Shown here piece after piece: positions 58,000 to 64,000 of a DNA stretch of 64,000 nucleotides. The notes beneath the pieces were generated by a model. That model did no database searches and was not told the origin of the DNA. It was given only the letters and a program-made list of their open reading frames with translations. Position numbers and translations under genes: made by a program. The stretch covers positions 1 to 64,000 of the IMG/VR virus record IMGVR_UViG_3300036784_000146. One strand, 5' to 3'. The first letter of the stretch is position 1. The number at the start of each line of letters is the position of its first letter. Source of the DNA: a virus (taxonomy: Duplodnaviria > Caudoviricetes).

Positions 58000-59520
58000 G
58001 TGGACATGGGGTCTCTGATGGTCCTCGCTGACGCGATCACCCTACTGGCCTACGACATCCAGTCCCCGGCTCCCGGTGCTCCGCTGACGACCATCAGGGG
58101 GCCCAAGGGCCCCTCTCTGGATCCGGCCAACGACCCCATGGGTCACCTGGACAAACGGCCCTACAACTACGACACGATGGTCTCTAACCTAGAGAGCCAC
58201 TACCACGGCGCGAGCGACAACGAGCGCAGGCAGGGCAGGTTCTGGTACAAGGGCGCCAACGATCTGTTCGGCAAGTTCGCCAAGAACAACGACATCAGCC
58301 CCGAGCGTGCGGTCGCCTACGGCGCGGCGTTCTCGCCGCTGACCGACTGGGGCGACAACGTCCACCACGCTCAGCAGTTCATGCTGGGCTACCGGCCAGG
58401 GGACCCTAATTTCAGTGAGCACGACTGGCAGGTTGCTCATATCCATCCCGGGGCGTTGGACGCCTTCCGGCAGCAGACTGGACGCGATCCGTCGCACTCG
58501 GACGAGGATCTGCACCAGCTGGCCGACTTGCACGCTGACGCGTTCTCACGTGGGCCCAAGAAGAACGCGGTCAACGATCTCTCCAACCCTGCGGCCCGGG
58601 CCGACTGGATGGCCAACATCCAGCACAAGGGCATGGATGCCGTCCTAGAAGACCACGAGCGCCAGAAGGAGGCTTGGCGTAAGGACGTCAACAGGAGCGG
58701 CCCCTACAACCCGTCGATGGCGATGCGCCCCTCGGGCATCAAGACGCTCGGCGGCAACATCCAGAAGGCCAAGGACCTCTACCACGCACCCGAGGACGTC
58801 GCGCAGATGTTCGGGGTGCTGGGCGGCCCGAAGATCAGCCACTTCACCGACAACATCCTCGACGACACCCCGATCAATGAGGAGGGGTATTATCAGCACC
58901 CCAACGGCGACTGGACTCAGAACAAAGACCTGGGCGGCACGATCGACAGCCATCACATCCGGGCTTCGAGCATGCCCCACGGGGGCTGGGAGCGTAAGGC
59001 CTATGCCTCCAAGAACCCCAACACCGCCCATGAGTACGACGTGTTCAACCGTGGCCTCTACGACGCCACCAAGCGCATCAATGACGCCGAACCCGATGCC
59101 ACCAAGCACATCACCCCCAAGCAGCTACAGGCCATCGTGTGGCTCAAACACAAGAACGACAAGGACTACTTCGAGCGCCAGCGCAACCCCCAGACCGGCC
59201 AGCTGATCAACCACGAGAGCGAGCTGGGCGGCGCCGGGCGTCCTGAGGACTGGCAGTATGCCGAGAAGAGCTACAAGTCCAAGGGCAAGGGCTTGGGCAA
59301 GGGACGCAGCCGTGCGGCCGCGCTGGACGAGGCCGACTTCGCCGACATGCCGCCGCTGTGGCGCAAGATGTTCATGAGTCGGCGCCCCGCCGAATGGACC
59401 GAGCTGCTTTCCGCGTGGGTGAACCACCACGCGCCGGAATCTGTGGACCCGGATCCCACGCGTGAGGCTCGCACCATCAACGACGCGGTGGTCTTGACGG
59501 CGGTGGCGGCTCTTGTCTGA
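58000..59520 (+). CDS. Divergent HhH/DNA-glycosylase-like protein
   Basis: WY, AAFSP...W.DN, GPK..HF..NI, TIDSH, PKQLQAIVW. Confidence 0.55.
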   Translation: MDMGSLMVLADAITLLAYDIQSPAPGAPLTTIRGPKGPSLDPANDPMGHLDKRPYNYDTMVSNLESHYHGASDNERRQGRFWYKGANDLFGKFAKNNDISPERAVAYGAAFSPLTDWGDNVHHAQQFMLGYRPGDPNFSEHDWQVAHIHPGALDAFRQQTGRDPSHSDEDLHQLADLHADAFSRGPKKNAVNDLSNPAARADWMANIQHKGMDAVLEDHERQKEAWRKDVNRSGPYNPSMAMRPSGIKTLGGNIQKAKDLYHAPEDVAQMFGVLGGPKISHFTDNILDDTPINEEGYYQHPNGDWTQNKDLGGTIDSHHIRASSMPHGGWERKAYASKNPNTAHEYDVFNRGLYDATKRINDAEPDATKHITPKQLQAIVWLKHKNDKDYFERQRNPQTGQLINHESELGGAGRPEDWQYAEKSYKSKGKGLGKGRSRAAALDEADFADMPPLWRKMFMSRRPAEWTELLSAWVNHHAPESVDPDPTREARTINDAVVLTAVAALV

Positions 59521-59637
59521 GGATTCGCTTCGGGTTTACGCTCTGGCCGTGTTGGCCCCCCTAATTGCAGCATGGTTATTCAAGAAGCGGGGTAACCTAA
59601 ACGGTGGTTCTGACACCAAACCAGGAGGCACCGCGCC

Positions 59638-60639
59638 GTGAGCGAGATAGCTCAAGACCTCGAACGCATCCTCGCCGACCTCGTTCGACGGGAGCTGGGA
59701 GCCCTTGGCGATCAGCTCGTCTCCGCCATCGGCAACATCAATTCCAAATTCAATGATTTCGACACCAAGCTAGGAGCAATCGTGACAACTCTCGACGAAT
59801 TGACCACATTGACGAACCAGGTGCAGACCTTGGTACAGGGCTTCTCTCAGGCCGGTACGGATGTAGCTGCGGCGGAGGCCCAGATCGCGGACCTGCAGGG
59901 CCAGTTGGCCACCGCGCAGACCCAGATCGCCACCGATGCCACCACCGCGCAGGCCGACGAGGCGCAGGTCGCCACGCTGACCACCGCGATAAGCCAGCTG
60001 CAGGACCAGCTCACCGCACTGCAGAATGTCCTCAACCCGCCCGCGCCGACCCCCACTCCGACTCCCACTCCGACGCCTACCCCGACACCCACTCCGACCC
60101 CGACGCCTACTCCAACCCCGGCGGCTTCCATCACGGTCACCAGCGTGTCTCCGGCCACGGGCAGCGACCAGGGTGGCGACACCTTGACGGTTGCAGGCTC
60201 GGGCTTCGCCAACGCGTCGGGCGTGAACTTCGTTGACTCGACCGGCGCCGCCACTCCGGCCGCCAGCTGGTCGCTGTTGGACGACGGCAATCTGCAGGCG
60301 GTCACCCCGGCGCTGGCCGACGGCACCTACGACGTGGTTGTGACGGCCACTGACGGCACCAGCTCGGCAACGAGCGCGGCCGACCAGTTCAGCACCTCGG
60401 CTCCGGCCCCTGCGCCCACTCCGACACCCACGCCTACACCCACCCCGGCTCCTAGCGGCACGCTGAGCCCGGTGGACCCTAACGCCGCTCCGGTTCCGGC
60501 CGGGACTCTGGACCCGACCACCCTGGTGGTCGAGGTGCCTGCGGGTACCACTCCGGTAGTCCTTCCGGCTAACGCCGTAGCTGTGGCCGCCGGTACCCTG
60601 CCCGCCGACGCGACAGTAACGCCTGTACAGCAGTCGTAA
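59638..60639 (+). CDS. Coiled-coil, Pro-Thr linker and IPT/TIG (Ig-like) domain protein
   Basis: VTSVSP..GS..GGDTLTV.GSGF; long PT repeats on both sides. Confidence 0.8.
   Translation: MSEIAQDLERILADLVRRELGALGDQLVSAIGNINSKFNDFDTKLGAIVTTLDELTTLTNQVQTLVQGFSQAGTDVAAAEAQIADLQGQLATAQTQIATDATTAQADEAQVATLTTAISQLQDQLTALQNVLNPPAPTPTPTPTPTPTPTPTPTPTPTPTPAASITVTSVSPATGSDQGGDTLTVAGSGFANASGVNFVDSTGAATPAASWSLLDDGNLQAVTPALADGTYDVVVTATDGTSSATSAADQFSTSAPAPAPTPTPTPTPTPAPSGTLSPVDPNAAPVPAGTLDPTTLVVEVPAGTTPVVLPANAVAVAAGTLPADATVTPVQQS
60046..60120 (+). repeat. Degenerate 6-bp (CCNACN) tandem repeat encoding Pro-Thr; a shorter copy at ~60400-60450
   Basis: Direct reading. Confidence 0.9.
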
Positions 60640-60687
60640 AACTAAAACCGATCCGGTAAACGCAAGAGTGACCCGGATGGTAACGAA

Positions 60688-60733
60688 GAAACCAGGCTGG
60701 TAAACAAAATGCTTTTTCCGGCCTGGTTTCTTT
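60688..60733 (+). terminator. Hairpin terminator overlapping an operator-like site
   Basis: GAAACCAGGC / GCCTGGTTTC then TTT. Confidence 0.55.
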
Positions 60734-60809
60734 CGCGTTCATGTGCTATGTGGCTACTATGGGCTAACCTTTAGGGGAAAGCTAGAGAACAACTAGCAGA
60801 GAGAGCCCG

Positions 60810-62563
60810 ATGAAGAACTATCTGGTGACGCTGATCAGTCGAGACAGCGGCGATCTGCAGCGCATCGTGGTGCAGTCAGAGTGCCCTTGCGGCATGCAAG
60901 AGTTCGTCGACGGTCTGAGCGACCTTCATGTCACGAGCCCTGTGGTCGTTGATATCAACGAGACAGCTGCCAGTCATCTGCCTCAGGTAGATCCGACCTA
61001 AACCCCGGCGCCGCACTGGCCCTGCGGCAAGTCCTACGGCCCGCCCCGATCTCCCGGGGGCGGGCTGTAGTGCGTCTGGGACCTGTGAACCTGCACCCGA
61101 GCATCCTTAAAGGGTAGGAGGACGCTGCGCAGCGGGAAGAGAACCCTGGCAGGACTCCCTGACCCCGAGAGGATCATCGTGAACGCACCGACCGACACCC
61201 CCACTGACAAAGTCGCCGCCGACGAGAAGATCGCCAACCTGGAATCTCAGCTCGCCGAGGCCATGAGCTTCATCAACCAGATGAAAGCAAGCGGTGTCGG
61301 GGCTCCCGCCGCCGCGCCGGATGTGGTCATGGCGGCGCCTGAGAAGCCGCGTACCGTGATGAACCTCCGCGAGTTGCGCCAATACGAGGGCACGCTCTAC
61401 GTCAAACACAACGACCCTCAGCGCCAATTCAGCTGCCACCAGGCGTTGGGCGAGCACCGCGTCGACTTCGATCTCGGTCCGGCCGGGCGCGGCGACGACG
61501 TCGCCATCCTGCCCAAGCTGGCCTTGGAGATCCGGGGCATCCAGCGTGCTTGGAAGCGCAAGACGATCACTATCTCCAAAGAGGAGGACATGGACGAAGA
61601 GATCGATCTGATGATGGCGACCCACGGCAGCTACGCCGAGTCGGTGCTGGCCGAGCTGCAGGTCCAGGTCACTCCGTCAAACAACGAGCGCGACATCCTC
61701 ACCCGGCCCTGCCTGCGGTGTGGTCGGTGGGGTCGCGACCAGTATGGCCAGTCAACGCCGGTGGTTGAGGGCGGCAGCTCGATGATGACCTACGCCGACT
61801 ACAAGGGTGGGCGTCCGCCCCTGTGCACCGCCCACCAACACGAGGAGCACCTGTGGGTGGCCTCGCTGATCACCAACCCGTCGACCGGCCAGCAAGACTG
61901 GGCCTACAACCCGATGGTCGTTGGGGAGACTCAGCCCGGGATACCCCCACAGCAGCAACAGCAGCCCTATACAGGGGCGATCACGCCGCAGCATATGCAG
62001 CAGTACTACCAGTAAAGGAAGGTAGCCATGACTAGTCCTCAACAGCCGGGGATCTTGTTTACCGGCAACTACCGCGTCGTAGCGGGCAATCCCGGTGTTC
62101 CGGGTGCCCCGAGCGTTCTCGATGAGTTGGCCAATCCGCCCGCCACAGCGGTGCAGGCCCAGACGGACGGCAAGGCCGCCCAGGCTGCGCTCGGCGTTGT
62201 CAAGACGGCGGCTTTCCAGGCAGCCACTAAGGTCGCCTCGTCCCATTACGACAAGATCAAGAACTTCTACGACGGGGCCGGTGTCGTCGGCATCGCCAAC
62301 AACAACCCGCTGTCGTAGGGGGAGAAGTAACCGGCGCGTCAAGGCTGACACCAGGGCCGACGCGCCGGTCAGATTCCCAGTTTAGTACCCGGAGGTAGGA
62401 AATGACTCAGCCAGCACCGCCAACGCCATATATGACTCGGGCAGCCATCAACAACCTGGCCAACTCCAACGAAGACCCGATTAAGGACTTCGCCGACTCG
62501 GTCGGCGTCGTCAACTCGCCAGCCAGCGGCTTGAGTGCGCCGCCGCCTACCAAGGAGTTCTAA
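60810..62563 (+). CDS. Hypothetical genes (60810-61001, 61179-62015, 62028-62318, 62402-62563)
   Basis: RBSs; the last two share an IK.F.D..GVV motif. Confidence 0.65.
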
Positions 62564-62566
62564 CCA

Positions 62567-63544
62567 GTGGGATCGGGATCGACCGCCTATCCCGGCGGCG
62601 ACGATACGTTCACCATCCCCTCCGATCCCGAGAACACACCCACTTCATCGGCAGGGGACGGTACGAGAGACCTGCCGCAATCGATCGCCGACGAAGGTGC
62701 GGCGATCATGGCTCTGGAAGCCAATGCGGCCCAGAAGCCCCACACCCACTCCGGTGGCTCCGACGGCACGGTGATCCTGAGGCAGTCCTCCACGCACGCC
62801 AACGCCGACACCGATACGTCCAACACGTCGATTCACCACACCATCGGGCCCGGTGCACACCAGGCGTCGGCCGGGAACCATACGCACAACTACAACTCCC
62901 TGACCGGCGACCCGCTGATCATTTGTACGTCAGTGAATCGTCCGCCCAGCCCGTTCGTCGGCCAGATGATCTTCGAGACCGACACCGGTGTCTGGCGCCA
63001 GTGGTATGCCTACTCCACACCGAGCCCCGTCTGGCAAATCCTGCCGATGGGCAGAGTCCCGAACTTCCGCGCCGAGGCCCAGACCGTCCAGGCCGTGCTG
63101 CGCGAGGAGAGCCACGCGCTCTCACTCACCACGATCATTCAAGACTTCTTCTGGGGGATCTTCGGTATCGCCCAGTTCATGGTGACCGACGTCTCCGCCA
63201 CCGATATCGTCATCCCCGAGCCCGGCACCTACCACGTGCACGCCTCGATCTGCTGGGACCCGTCCAACACCTACCAGGACCAGTCCTCGGTGCAGGTCAC
63301 CGTCAACGGCGCCGACGTCGGGCGCAAGAATTGGGAGTGGGTACGCGGGCCGGTCAACCCCTACTCGGGCACGGCAGGCTTCTCGCAGACCAACGAGATC
63401 GAGTTCTACTACCCGTTCCAAGCCGGGGATGTGTTGCGGGTGATCGCCGAGCACAACGCCCAGGAGACCTCGTTCCTGTGGTACAACCCCAACCCGCCGG
63501 TGCGTCAGGTCTGCTTCGTCGAGTGCATGTTCCATAGCCCGTAA
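62567..63544 (+). CDS. Minor structural / fibre-like protein
   Basis: HTH and HHT motifs, RP.SPFVGQMIFETDT, C1q/TNF-like beta C-terminus. Confidence 0.7.
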   Translation: MGSGSTAYPGGDDTFTIPSDPENTPTSSAGDGTRDLPQSIADEGAAIMALEANAAQKPHTHSGGSDGTVILRQSSTHANADTDTSNTSIHHTIGPGAHQASAGNHTHNYNSLTGDPLIICTSVNRPPSPFVGQMIFETDTGVWRQWYAYSTPSPVWQILPMGRVPNFRAEAQTVQAVLREESHALSLTTIIQDFFWGIFGIAQFMVTDVSATDIVIPEPGTYHVHASICWDPSNTYQDQSSVQVTVNGADVGRKNWEWVRGPVNPYSGTAGFSQTNEIEFYYPFQAGDVLRVIAEHNAQETSFLWYNPNPPVRQVCFVECMFHSP

Positions 63545-63552
63545 GGAGGATC

Positions 63553-64000
63553 GTGGTTGCCTATCCGTCGGGCATGGCCGTCTGGTCCCCGAAGATCACC
63601 AACTCGGCGTTGGCCCGAAAGTTCGTCTCGCTCAACGGGTATGGCTACGTCGCGATCACCATCTATAACGGCCAGACTGCCGTCGACCCCGACCCGGGGA
63701 CGCTGGCCCTGCAGGTCTGGTTCGACGACGTCACCAATCCCGATGCGACACTGAGCGATCCGCGCGGCACTCAGGTGATCAACGTGACGGCCAGCGAGAT
63801 CACTCGCGCCGATACTGGCATGTACCACTACGCCATTGGACCCGAGTACACCGGCAATATCGGGGTGCTCACCGCCGAGTGGTCCTATCAGGTTGCCGGT
63901 CAGGCCATCACCTACAGCGACTACCTGCAGATCCTCGAACAGATGCCGTTGTACGAGACGCTCACCGACGCCGAGAAAGGCCTTGTCGAGCAAGTGAATT
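63553..64000 (+). CDS. Head-tail connector/neck-like protein, truncated by the window end
   Basis: AAGGAGG RBS plus GTG at 63553; frame open to the end; position after the capsid module. Confidence 0.55.
   Translation, partial: MVAYPSGMAVWSPKITNSALARKFVSLNGYGYVAITIYNGQTAVDPDPGTLALQVWFDDVTNPDATLSDPRGTQVINVTASEITRADTGMYHYAIGPEYTGNIGVLTAEWSYQVAGQAITYSDYLQILEQMPLYETLTDAEKGLVEQVN

Noticed and set aside
60640-60710. Mini CRISPR array
   Set aside because: Repeats are ~14 bp and degenerate with 6-10 bp gaps; no cas genes

Overview
A 64 kb slice of a large, GC-rich actinobacteriophage, almost certainly a mycobacteriophage. Its head-gene order resembles the cluster C/AA-type large myoviruses. Nearly all real genes are on the + strand, and most long minus-strand ORFs in the track are high-GC shadows. 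Layout: small genes and two glycosyltransferase-like genes (1-6.8 kb); fibre/minor structural genes mixed with enzyme genes and a split lysin/holin set (6.8-20.8 kb); terminase and WhiB (20.8-23.6 kb); an early/accessory island with tRNA-Arg(ACG), a genuine PE/PPE pair and a second WXG/YxxxE pair (23.6-37.7 kb); a second lysis locus with LysB (38-41 kb); then the head module with portal, prohead protease/scaffold, decoration protein, major capsid protein and neck protein (41-64 kb). Main observations: (1) a candidate head-cargo system, in which enzymes (ADP-ribosyltransferase-like, Zeta kinase, NrdH, 2H phosphoesterase) carry a shared MRIxxQxE leader and/or have domains bounded by (R/K/H)-x-A motifs that also punctuate the head proteins; (2) phage-encoded type VII secretion substrates, with a phage-type regulatory site in front of the PE/PPE pair; (3) a canonical -1 frameshift signal in a head-associated gene; (4) a ~270 bp non-coding element with an IS608-like right end; (5) three recurring cis-motifs (operator-like site, putative late promoter, start-associated sequence). 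Family assignments rest on motif recognition by eye; no searches were run.
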